The notes below the pieces were generated by a model. The model did not search any database and was not told where the DNA came from. It saw only the letters and a list, made by a program, of their open reading frames with translations. A stretch of DNA of 64,000 nucleotides from Macrostomum hystrix. Taxonomy: Eukaryota > Animalia > Platyhelminthes. The DNA is taken from the NCBI GenBank assembly GCA_950097015.1, contig CATNEN010000012.1:2976001-3040000 (forward strand), given 5' to 3'. Shown here one piece after another: positions 13,240 through 25,206 of the stretch. Within the stretch, counting starts at the first letter, position 1, and the number at the start of each line of letters is the position of its first letter. Made by a program: the position numbers and the translations under genes.

Positions 13240-15195
13240 TCACGGGCCCATGATGGCCTCAATCGAGTGATCGCTGAGTCGCCTCTTCAAGCTTCGGCAG
13301 GCAGCAAGGCCTTCAGACACACCGTTGACGTTGCTGCTGCTGCTGCTGCTGCATATGTTATTGCTTTCGTTTGACAAGCAAGCTGGACGATAAAAGTACA
13401 TTGTTGGATCTTGCTGGATCAGCGGCATCGGAGGCAGCGTCAGCGGTAGCGGCGGAGGCGGCGGCGGCGGCGGCGGGAGAAAAGGCAATGGCACGGACAG
13501 CTGCGGCGGCGGCCCGGCCGTCCAGCCTGAAAGCTGCGGCGCCCCGGTCAGCATCAGCAGACGAGCCCAGAGTAGCGGTGAGATCGTCGGCAGCGTCGGC
13601 ACTGTCGGCACTGTCGCGGCTGGCGGCAGAGGCGCCTGAAGTGGCGGCGCTGGAATCTTTGCCGGCGGTTCATCATCGACGAAGCTGTAAATGGTGCCAA
13701 CCTCTCCGCAGACGCTGCTGCCGCGGCTGCTGGCATTGTTACTGTTCTGTATTGATTCGGCGGCAGAGTTGGCGGTTGCAGATGACGGCTGCACTGGATC
13801 ATCCACCGCAGGACTGCTTGCCTGAAAAAGAACGACAAAAAATTGATTACCATTCATGTTTATCCCAAGGGATGTTTATCCCAAGGGATGTTTATCCCAA
13901 GGGATGTTTATCCCAAGGGATGTTTATCCCAAGGGATGTTTATCCCAAGGGATGTTTATCCCAAGGGATGTTTATCCCAAGGGATGTTTATCCCAAGGGA
14001 TGTTTATCCCAAGGGATGTTTATCCCAAGGGATGTTTATCCCAAGGGATGTTTATCCCAAGGGATGTTTATCCCAAGGGATGTTTATCCCAAGGGATGTT
14101 TATCCCAAGGGATGTTTATCCCAAGGGATGTTTATCCCAAGGGATGTTTATCCCAAGGGATGTTTATCCCAAGGGATGTTTATCCCAAGGGATGTTTATC
14201 CCAAGGGATGTTTATCCCAACGGATGTTTATCCCAAGGGATGTTTATCCCAAGGGATGTTTATCCCAAGGGATGTTTATCCCAAGGGATGTTTATCCCAA
14301 GGGATGTTTATCCCAAGGGATGTTTATCCCAAGGGATGTTTATATAAAGGGATGTTTATATAAAGGGATGTTTATCCAAAGGGATGTTTATCCCAAGGGA
14401 TGTTTATTCCTTGGGTTTTTCATCCTAAAGTTCGTAAAATTGTCTAACCTTTCCGATTGCACGTTCAGTAGGCAGTCGGGAACCGCCGTTGTACAGCGCC
14501 TTGACATCCTCCCAGCTGTGCAGCAGCTCGCTGCTTGGCTCCGTGTCTGCCAGCGTCAGATGTCGCCGCCAGGCGTTGAAATTGGCGGCGTCGGGCTGCC
14601 GAAATTCCGTGACATTGGAGGCCTCCGGATCGGCCGGCCGGTGGCAGTGAAAGATGAACTTGTTCGGGGAGAAGAACTCGCGGCACTGCCAGCACATCAC
14701 GCATCTGTCGATTGTTGATTAAACGTGCGAAATAAATTGCGGGATGATTTAGCGGCTCTGAGTTTCTATGAGTTCTCTGAGTTCACGCCCTAGAGGGAAA
14801 AGATCGGGTACCAACCTGGCCCTGGAGCTGGTGTACCTATCGGGCCAGAAGCTGCCCCGGCAGCCCCAACCGCAGGCGTGGCCAACGTTGAACTGAAAGC
14901 CAGACGGCAGTCTTGGCCGTTCGGTTTCGCCCAGGAAGGAGCGGACGAGGCGCTCTGCCTCGCGCCTAGTGATTGTACCGCAGCGTTTGGCGCTAGCCGG
15001 CATGGCGCCAAACCGGCGCAGGCTGTCTAGCTGGCGCGGTGTGCACTGGACGCAGGTGATGCCCAAGGCTACTCGCCTATTGTGAATATCGTTGTAGGTG
15101 TGGCCGGAGAGCAGGCGAGACGAGATTTGGGCCAGGCAGAGGCGTTCCTCGCCATTCAGGCGCAGCGAGGCCATGGGCACTCCGTGCAGGGTCAC
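13240..15195 (-). CDS. SKOR: SKI family transcriptional co-repressor (SKOR1/2, Fussel-like); start codon unresolved
   Basis: Exons 15195-14816, 14704-14449, 13821-13240 are in phase. DHD/SKI motif ERLCLAQIS..YNDIHNRRVALGITCVQCTP..GAMP..RCG.ITRREAERLVRSFLG and SMAD4-binding motif CGWGCRGSF..SSRARCVMC..FFSPNKFIFH match SKOR rather than SKI or DACH. Confidence 0.93.
13855..14405. repeat. 16-bp intronic minisatellite (GGGATGTTTATCCCAA)
   Basis: Near-perfect array in SKOR intron 14448-13822. Confidence 0.96.
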
Positions 15196-15276
15196 CTTTT
15201 GATTGGGTGAATTTGGCGGGTTGCAATCTGTGTTCTTGAGCAAGACACTTAATACTCGATTGTTTTACTAGTTTTG

Positions 15277-15500
15277 GGGATTGTAGCCAGGACTCACGAC
15301 TTGAAGGTCTTGGGTTCGATTCCCGACTCCACTGGAGCAATTTTTGTTCTTGAAGGAATAGCAACTTCACTCTGCATTGCTTCAGTTCACCCAGGTGTTA
15401 AATTGGTAGCAGCATCAGCTGGGGAAATTGAGAGTCCATGGACTGAACAGCCGTACACAGCCTTCAGATGCGCTGCGCAACAGCTGCGGCTTTGCTGTCG
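15277..15500 (+). mobile_element. tRNA-derived SINE, family A copy 1 (head partly deleted)
   Basis: GGTTCGATTCCC B-box; body TGCATTGCTTCAGTTCACCCAG..CAGCATCAGCTGGG..GTCCATGGACTGAACAG matches 49870-50120 reverse. Confidence 0.82.
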
Positions 15501-15660
15501 GCTTGCCATGACAAAACTATATATACACATATTTTCCATGCTACAGCTGCGTGAACTATAGCAAGGGATAATTAACTGTGCGGGCGGCTCAACGACGTAA
15601 TTAAGTTTCGATGGACTGAGATTCGAACTACCGACCGCTCTACCAGTTTCCCTTGTTGAT

Positions 15661-16040
15661 GGAGGGGGTGAGTAGCTGAGTGGTTAGCGCGTTTGCCTCT
15701 CGCACCAAGGTCCCTGAGCTCGATTCCGCGGCGAGACCACATTCATTTGAAGCGCAGCCGCGGAGAGAAGGCTTGCGGGCTTGTCGTGCAATTTACGCTC
15801 TTGAGGGCCAACCTCCAAGGCACAGCGAGAGTGTACACTACCTGACGATGAGAAAGTCAGGGCAGATGTACACACCTGTGTGAGCGTGTGCCTGCGTACA
15901 GTATCTGTGTGCGTGTGTGCTCAGGAGTCAGCGAAATGGACAGAATTGCCTCCTCGCTGGCTGCGGGTCTAGTGTCACCAAATGATGTGCCATTGCCCGC
16001 AACCCTCCTGCAATTATTATCATATTACTATTATTATTCC
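15661..16040 (+). mobile_element. tRNA-derived SINE, family B copy 2
   Basis: TAGCTGAGTGGTTAGC A-box, GCTCGATTCC B-box, ATT-repeat tail; colinear with 12862-13203. Confidence 0.87.
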
Positions 16041-16689
16041 CTTGTTAATTCTACTAAATATCTAGTATTCAGTTTAGTGGTGATAAATACTCACCTGGCC
16101 AATTTCGCTCCCATCATTGTCAGTCTTCAGTTCAGCCTCTGTGCTGCTCATTTTTGAACTCAAAAACTTAAGACTGTCTGTTTTGTTCTTTTATAAAAGA
16201 ATTTCTTTGCGGCAGCTGCAACAGTGGAGCACATGTGGCTTGAGCACAGACGCATATTTTGTCATTAAGAATCGCGTCACCTACACCCCAGAGTTTGCAG
16301 TGACAGGTGGGATTAATTTTTCTCGTTCCCAAATTCTTCCCACCTATGCGCTATTGGTCAGTTTGCGGGAAGTGAATTCAGAGGAAGACTAGTGCTACCA
16401 GTCTTCCTTCCTACAGTTGTGCATAATTTTTTGGGGGTGCTTTGAGATCTTTGACAACTGGTTGCGGGATTGCTAAAGTGTGTTCCACCTCCCACACAAT
16501 TTTTTTAGATAGCTTTATCAGCGTCATAATTCAACCATAGCCTACCTGAAATTTCATCGGGTGCTTTTTAATTCCATTTCTACATTTTTACCTGTTTAAA
16601 GCTTCGGCGTATCTGTGACACATTCAACTTTTCCACAACTAGTGAAAACTATCACTTCTGGATGTTCTTAGCTATGTGACATTTAATTG

Positions 16690-19600
16690 CCCAAACCGAA
16701 TCGTATCCAACCCGAATCTTATCCAACCGAGTCTTATCTGACCCGAATATTATCCAACCCGAATCTTATCCAACCGAGTCTTATCTGACCCGAATCTTAT
16801 CCAACCCGAATCTTATCTGACCCGAATCTTATCCAACCCGAATCTTATCCAACCCGAATCTTATCTGACCCGAATCTTATCAAACCCGAATCTTATCTGA
16901 CCCGAATCTTATCCAACACGAATCTTATCTGACCCGAATCTTATCCAACCCGAATCTTATCCAACCCGAATCTTATCCAACCCGAATCTTATCTGACCCG
17001 AATCTTATCCAACCCGAATCTTATCTGACCCGAATCTTATCAAACCCGAATCTTATCTGACCCGAATCTTATCCAACACGAATCTTATCTGACCCGAATC
17101 TTATCCAACCCGAATCTTATCCAACCCGAATCTTATCTGACCCGAATCTTATCAAACCCGAATCTTATCTGACCCGAATCTTATCCAACCCCAATCTAAT
17201 CCAACCCGAATCTTATCCAACCCGAATCTTATCCAACCCTAACCTTATCCAAACCGAATCTTATCCAACCCGAACCTTATCCAACCCGAATCTTATCCAA
17301 CCGAGTCTTATCTGACCCGAATATTATCCAACCCGAATCTTATCCAACCGAGTCTTATCTGACCCGAATCTTATCCAACCCGAATCTTATCTGACCCGAA
17401 TCTTATCCAACCCGAATCTTATCCAACCCGAATCTTATCTGACCCGAATCTTATCAAACCCGAATCTTATCTGACCCGAATCTTATCCAACACGAATCTT
17501 ATCTGACCCGAATCTTATCCAACCCGAATCTTATCCAACCCGAATCTTATCTGACCCGAATCTTATCAAACCCGAATCTTATCTGACCCGAATCTTATCC
17601 AACCCCAATCTAATCCAACCCGAATCTTATCCAACCCGAATCTTATCCAACCCTAACCTTATCCAAACCGAATCTTATCCAACCCGAATCTTATCCAACC
17701 CGAATCTTATCTGACTCGAATCTTATCCAACCCGAACCTTATCTAAACCGAATCTTATCCAACCCGAATATTATCCAACCCGAATCTTATCCAACCCGAA
17801 TATTATCTAACCCGAATCTTATCTTACCCGAATCTTATCCAACCCGAATCTTATCTGACCCGAATCTTATCCAACCCGAATCTTATCCAACCCGAATCTT
17901 ATCCAAACCGAATCTTATCTGACCCGAATCTTATCCAACCCGAACCTTATCCAAACCGAATCTTATCTAAACCGAACCTTATCCAACCCGAATCTTATCC
18001 AACCCGAACCTTATCCAACCCGAATCTTATCCAAACCGAACCTTATCCAACCCGAATCTTATCTGACCCGAATCTTATCCAACCCGAATCTTATCCAACC
18101 CGAATCTTATCCAACCCGAATCTTATCTGACCCGAATCTTATCCAACCCAAATCTTATCTGACCCGAATCTTATCCAAACCGAATCTTATATGACCCGAA
18201 TATTATCCAACCCGAATCTTATCCAACCCGAATCTTATATGACCCGAATCTTATCCAACCCGAATCTTATCTGACTTGAATCTTATCCAACCCAAATCTT
18301 ATCTGACCCGAATATTATCCAACCCGAATCTTATCCAACCCGAATCTTATCTGACCCGAATATTATCCAACCCGAATCTTATCCAACCCGAATCTTATCC
18401 AACCCGAATCTTATCCAACCCGAATCTTATCTGACCCGAATCTTATCCAACCCAAATCTTATCTGACCCGAATATTATCCAACCCGAATCTTATCCAACC
18501 CGAATCTTATATGACCCGAATCTTATCCAACCCGAATCTTATCCAACCCGAACCTTATCCAAACCGAATCTTATCTAAACCGAACCTTATCCAACCCGAA
18601 TCTTATCCAACCCGAACCTTATCCAACCCGAATCTTATCCAAACCGAACCTTATCCAACCCGAATCTTATCTGACCCGAATCTTATCCAACCCGAATCTT
18701 ATCCAACCCGAATCTTATCCAACCCGAATCTTATCCAACCCGAAAATTATCCAACCCGAATCTTATCCAACCCGAATCTTATCCAACCCGAATCTTTTCC
18801 AACCAGAATATTATCCAACCCGAGTCTTATCCAACCCGAATATTATCCAACCCAAATCTTATCTGACCCGAATATTATCCAACCCGAATCTTATCCAACC
18901 CGAATCTTATATGACCCGAATCTTATCCAACCCGAATCTTATCCAACCCGAATCTTATCCAACCCGAATCTTATCCAACCCGAAAATTATCCAACCCGAA
19001 TCTTATCCAACCCGAATCTTATCCAACCCGAATCTTTTCCAACCAGAATATTATCCAACCCGAGTCTTATCCAACCCGAATATTATCCAACCCGAATCTT
19101 ATCCAACCCGAATATAATCCAACCCGAATCTTATCCAACCCGAATCTTATCCAACCCGAATCTTATCCAACCCGAATCTTATCCAACCCGAATCTTATCC
19201 AACCCGAATATTATCCAACCCGAATCTTATCTAACCCGAATCTTATCCAACCCGAACCTTATCTAAACCGAATCTTATCCAACCCGAATATTATCCAACC
19301 CGAATCTTATCTGACCCGAATCTTATCCAACCCGAATCTTATCCAACCCGAATCTTATCCAAACCGAATCTTATCTGACCCGAATCTTATCCAACCCGAA
19401 TCTTATCCAACCCGAACCTTATCTAACCCGAATCTTATCTAAACCGAATCTTATCCAACCCGAATCTTATCCAACCCGAACCTTATCCAAACCGAATCTT
19501 ATCTAAACCGAACCTTATCCAACCCGAATCTTATCCAACCCGAACCTTATCCAACCCGAATCTTATCCAAACCGAACCTTATCCAACCCGAATCTTATCT

Positions 19601-21180
19601 GACCCGAATCTTATCCAACCCGAATCTTATCCAACCCGAATCTTATCTGACCCGAATCTTATCCAACCCAAATCTTATCTGACCCGAATATTATCCAACC
19701 CGAATCTTATCCAACCCGAATCTTATATGACCCGAATCTTATCCAACCCGAATCTTATCTGACCCGAATCTTATCCAACCCAAATCTTATCTGACCCGAA
19801 TATTATCCAACCCGAATCTTATCCAACCCGAATCTTATCTGACCCGAATATTATCCAACCCGAATCTTATCCAACCCGAATCTTATCTGACCCGAATATT
19901 ATCCAACCCGAATCTTATCCAACCCGAATCTTATCCAACCCGAATCTTATCCAACCCGAATCTTATCCAACCCGAATCTTATCCAACCCGAATCTTATCC
20001 AACCCGAATATTATCCAACCCGAATCTTATCTAACCCGAATCTTATCCAACCCGAACCTTATCTAAACCGAATCTTATCCAACCCGAATATTATCCAACC
20101 CGAATCTTATCTGACCCGAATCTTATCCAACCCGAATCTTATCCAACCCGAATCTTATCCAAACCGAATCTTATCTGACCCGAATCTTATCCAACCCGAA
20201 TCTTATCCAACCCGAACCTTATCTAACCCGAATCTTATCTAAACCGAATCTTATCCAACCCGAATCTTATCCAACCCGAACCTTATCCAAACCGAATCTT
20301 ATCTAAACCGAACCTTATCCAACCCGAATCTTATCCAACCCGAACCTTATCCAACCCGAATCTTATCCAAACCGAACCTTATCCAACCCGAATCTTATCT
20401 GACCCGAATCTTATCCAACCCGAATCTTATCCAACCCGAATCTTATCTGACCCGAATCTTATCCAACCCAAATCTTATCTGACCCGAATATTATCCAACC
20501 CGAATCTTATCCAACCCGAATCTTATATGACCCGAATCTTATCCAACCCGAATCTTATCTGACCCGAATCTTATCCAACCCAAATCTTATCTGACCTGAA
20601 TATTATCCAACCCGAATCTTATCCAACCCGAATCTTATCTGACCCGAATATTATCCAACCCGAATCTTATCCAACCCGAATCTTATCTGACCCGAATATT
20701 ATCCAACCCGAATCTTATCCAACCCGAATCTTATCCAACCCGAATCTTATCCAACCCGAATCTTATCCAACCTGAATCTTATCCAACCCGAATATTATCC
20801 AACCCGAATCTTATCCAACCCGAATCTTATCCAACCCGAATCTTATCCAACCCGAATCTTATCCAACCCGAATCTTATCCAACCCGAATCTTATCCAACC
20901 CGAATCTTATATGACCCGAATCTTATCCAACCCGAATCTTATCTTACCCGAATCTTATCCAACCCGAATCTTATCCAACCCGAATCTTATCCAACCCGAA
21001 TCTTATCCAACCCGAATCTTATCCAACCCGAATCTTATCCAACCCGAATCTTATATGACCCGAATCTTATCCAACCCGAATCTTATCTTACCCGAATCTT
21101 ATCCAACCCGAATCTTATCCAACCCGAATCTTATCCAACCCGAATCTTATCCAACCCGAATCTTATCCAACCCGAATCTT
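16690..21180 (+). repeat. 16-bp minisatellite (TCTTATCCAACCCGAA), about 4.5 kb
   Basis: Direct repetition; 800-bp (50-unit) higher-order duplication between 19261 and 20061. Confidence 0.97.
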
Positions 21181-21399
21181 AATGCTTAATGCCACCAAAT
21201 TGGATGGAGTCTGGTCGGCTCCGAACTGAGGACCAGTATTGAAGGCTTCTTTTTTGAATACTATATAATTGTGGTAGTCTTCCTAATTCGGACCGAGCAC
21301 CATTGTTGTCTGTTTTTTGACTAACTTGCAGAATCGACTTGCAGATTCTAAAATTAATTCTCTCTATAAGGTTCCGATCCCAAGTACCCAGTGCTTAGG

Positions 21400-21460
21400 T
21401 GAATGAATTGTGCTTAGGTGAATGAATTGTGCTTAGGTAAATGAATGGTGCTTAGGTGAA
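21400..21460. repeat. 19-bp repeat (GTGCTTAGGTGAATGAATT), 3-4 copies
   Basis: Direct repetition. Confidence 0.8.
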
Positions 21461-22689
21461 TCAAATTAGTTTCAATTCCGTCAGTTCTTATATTCGCTGT
21501 GAACAATTGTCAAAAATTAGCATCAAAACATGTGTTGCATCTTTCACTTATTAAACAAAGAGCTGAGTAGTGCGGGCTAAGAGAATGAGGGCTTTTGCGT
21601 GGGAGTTCTCACTTGACTCAGCCAAAATCGGGGGGGGTCTTTGTCGCAGAGTCGTAAAGTTTCCGCTGACGCAACGAAAATTACCAAAAAAGGCAAAGCC
21701 AAGGTAGTGAATTTGTGTGGAATATAAAATAACTGTTGCATCGCAGCCCGGTCATTGGGCCGGGGTGGGGTGGGTCGCGAGCGTCCCACATGAATAATGT
21801 TTGCAAGGATGGGAGAAATTAACAAGAATTTTTATTCCCACGCATTTCTCCCTGAACCCTGAGAGGCGTCTCCGTGTCTGGCCGCCCCTGTCTCTCCCAC
21901 CCCCGACAATAAAACTCTTTGATAAACTACCTGCTGGTCAGCGAAGCATTGCTGTGGGCACGGAATGGCTATTTAATTACGCTGGTAGTTAGTAAAAATG
22001 CCCACTTTCCCAAATGGTTGCCGCCGCAGCCGCTTCTCCCCTTCGGGAGCGGCTGGAAACCACCCACCCCTCCTCCGGCCCCCGCAGATCCTCATCTGTC
22101 ACTGGGTCTGCGCGGGTGAGTTGGAAGGGAGAAGAAACATAGGTAGTAAGCTGATGCCGACCTGATCTAAACAGGACAGTCCTCTAAAAACTTGTTGTTA
22201 ACCTCCAATTGTTCGTTCAGCTTTCAATTGAATGAATTAAATTTTTGATAATCTTTGAGTATTATATAATCTAGTATGACTGAATGAAAAGCTCTTGCCA
22301 GCGACAGACAGCCCGCATGTGGGATCCGCTCCAAAACTGGATGGCTGGTGGGCACGGTAGGGTGACTATACGATTATGAAAATACAAGTCCAATATGGGT
22401 GCTCTCAATTAAAATATTCATATCAGAAGCGGTCGGTGCTCAAGCTAACACGGGCTAAAAACCAAAAACTTTGGTAAAAGCAATTTCGTAAATGGACAAA
22501 GGCAAGAGGGTAAATGCTATGATAGGCTAGCCCGCAGCTTTCTCATCGTTTAACTGTGCACAGAGTGAACCCAGCGAAAACCTGATTTTATTTGTCCGGC
22601 GTCAGATCGTACTTCTGGTCCGGCATGCTTTTCCTGGATTTCTACAGGATCTAGAGCTCCTTAACTGCTCTTTATTGCAAGAAGTCTAT

Positions 22690-23385
22690 CATCCCTCCCC
22701 TGTCTCATCTCTTCCCTGTCTCATGTCTTCCCTGTCTCATCTCTTCCCTGTCTCATCCCCCCTGTCTCATGTCTTCCCTGTCTCATACCCCCTGTCTCAT
22801 GTCTTCCCTGTCTCATCTCTTCCCTGTCTCATGTCTTCCCTGTCTCATCTCTTCCCTGTCTCATGTCTTCCCTGTCTCATCTCTCCCGTAAATAATTATG
22901 ATAATAATTTCAGGAGGGCTGCGGGCAATAGCACATCATTTAGTGACACTAGACCCGCAGCCAGCGAGGAGGCAATTCTGCCCATTTCGCTGACTCCTGA
23001 GCACACACGCACACAGATACTGTAAGCAGGCACACTCACACAGGTGTGTACATCTGCCCTGACTTTCTCATCGTCAGGCAGTGTACATTTCACTTTGCCT
23101 TGGAGTTTGGCCCCCACAGGCGTAAATTGCACGACAAGCCTCCAAGCCTTCTCTTCGCGGCTGCACCCAAAAGAAATGTGGCCTCGCCGAGGAATCAAGC
23201 TCAGGGACATTGAGGCAAACGCGTTAACGCTCTGTCACCGGCCCCCCGATGTCTCCCGTGTCTCATCTCACCCGTGTCTCATCTCACCCGTGTCTCATCT
23301 CACCCGTGTCTCATCTCACCCGTGTCTCATCTCACCCGTGTCTCATCTCTCCCGTGTCTCATATCTCCCGTGTCTCATCTCTCAA
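22690..23385. repeat. 16-bp repeat (CCTGTCTCATCTCTTC / CCCGTGTCTCATCTCA) split by a SINE
   Basis: Arrays at 22690-22890 and 23250-23385 flank SINE B copy 3. Confidence 0.88.
22890..23248 (-). mobile_element. tRNA-derived SINE, family B copy 3
   Basis: Reverse complement is colinear with 15661-16040. Confidence 0.85.
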
Positions 23386-23798
23386 ATGTAATCTTTTCCG
23401 TTTTTCGCTTATCCTTTTTCTCGTCCTTCCCCTGTCAGTCTGCTATGTTGTTCTTTGGCCTTTTTACACTCGTGAGACAAAAAAGTTTGCCGACTGTCGC
23501 AGTGACAGTCTTTGAGGGTCTGCAATCTTCCCAAGGGTGTCGAATTTTCAGACGCTTGCTAGTCAACACTTTGATACGTAAAATTGTATAAAATTAGCTG
23601 AAACATATGTCAGAGCATATTTGCATGACAATAATATGTAAATTAATGTTACAGGCATTGATCGTCTGTGGCAACTTAAAGTACAAAATTATATCGGTGA
23701 CAGAATTTCTGCATGAAAAAATTTCCCGTGATTGTCAATTTCCAAGAATGTAACTAAACATATCTCTTATCCAGTTATTGTAACACAAGCACAAAACA

Positions 23799-24887
23799 GG
23801 TTTCGATTGGATAAGATTCGGGTTGGATAAGATTCGGGTTGGATAAGATTCGGTTTGGATAAGATTCGGGTTGGGTAAGATTCGGGTTGGATAAGATTCG
23901 GGTTGGATAAGATTCGGGTTGGATAAGATTCGGTTTGGATAAGATTCGGGTTGGATAAGATTCGGGTTGGATAAGATTCGGGTTGGATAAGATTCGGGTT
24001 GGATAAGATTCGGGTTGGATAAGATTCGGGTTGGATAATATTCGGGTTGGATAATATTCGGGTTGGATAAGATTCGGGTCAGATAAGATTCGGGTTGGAT
24101 AAGATTCGGGTCAGATAAGATTCGGGTTGGATAAGATTCGGGTTGGATAAGATTCGGGTTGGATAAGATTCGGGTTGGATAAGATTCGGGTTGGATAAGA
24201 TTCGGGTTGGATAAGATTCGGGTTGGATAAGATTCGGGTTGGATAAGATTCGGGTTGGATAATATTCGGGTTGGATAAGATTCGGGTTGGATAATATTCG
24301 GGTTGGATAAGATTCGGGTTGGATAAGATTCGGGTTGGATAAGATTCGGGTTGGATAAGATTCGGGTTGGATAAGATTCGGGTTGGATAAGATTCGGGTT
24401 GGATAAGATTCGGGTTGGATAAGATTCGGGTTGGATAAGATTCGGGTTGGATAAGATTCGGGTTGGATAAGATTCGGGTTGGATAAGATTCGGGTTGGAT
24501 AAGATTCGGGTTGGATAAGATTCGGGTTGGATAAGATTCGGGTTGGATAAGATTCGGGTTGGATAAGATTCGGGTTGGATAAGATTCGGGTTGGATAAGA
24601 TTCGGGTTGGATAAGATTCGGGTTGGATAAGATTCGGGTTGGATAAGATTCGGGTTGGATAAGATTCGGGTTGGATAAGATTCGGGTTGGATAAGATTCG
24701 GGTTGGATAAGATTCGGGTTGGATAATATTCGGGTTGGATAAGATTCGGGTTGGATAAGATTCGGGTTGGATAAGATTCGGGTTGGATAAGATTCGGGTT
24801 GGATAAGATTCGGGTTGGATAATATTCGGGTTGGATAAGATTCGGGTTGGATAAGATTCGGGTTGGATAAGATTCGGGTTGGATAAG
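23799..24887 (-). repeat. 16-bp minisatellite, inverted copy of the 16690-21180 unit
   Basis: (GGATAAGATTCGGGTT)n is the reverse complement of (AACCCGAATCTTATCC)n. Confidence 0.96.
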
Positions 24888-25206
24888 TATTATTTGAGGA
24901 CTCATTTTTCTTCGAGCTAGCATTTTAAGTGTCAAGGTCAGGTAGTTTGAGTATTCACAGTTAGTCAAATATCTGTGCACATGTTTTTTTAAAACGAAAA
25001 TGCAAATTCATAGAAGTGACGTGCCTCAGTTATGCCCAGCGGAGGATATGCATGCTAAGAGAACAAAATTGTCGATATTCGGCCAGCGTTTGTCTGTGGA
25101 AAGTTTTCTTGGCAAATTTATTCCGAAATTATGCAAAGTTCTGGCAATAAAAAGCATGCAATAATCGCGGGCTGGGAGTTGTCATTGCCCAGACGCAAAG
25201 TTTGTC

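Noticed and set aside
15277-16040. tRNA genes
   Set aside because: A/B boxes continue into dispersed repeat bodies and no complete cloverleaf is visible; these are SINE heads. The same applies at 12862, 45097 and 50120.
18511-24980. QPESYPTRILSNPNLI repeat proteins
   Set aside because: Artefacts of the 16-bp array (48-nt periodicity).
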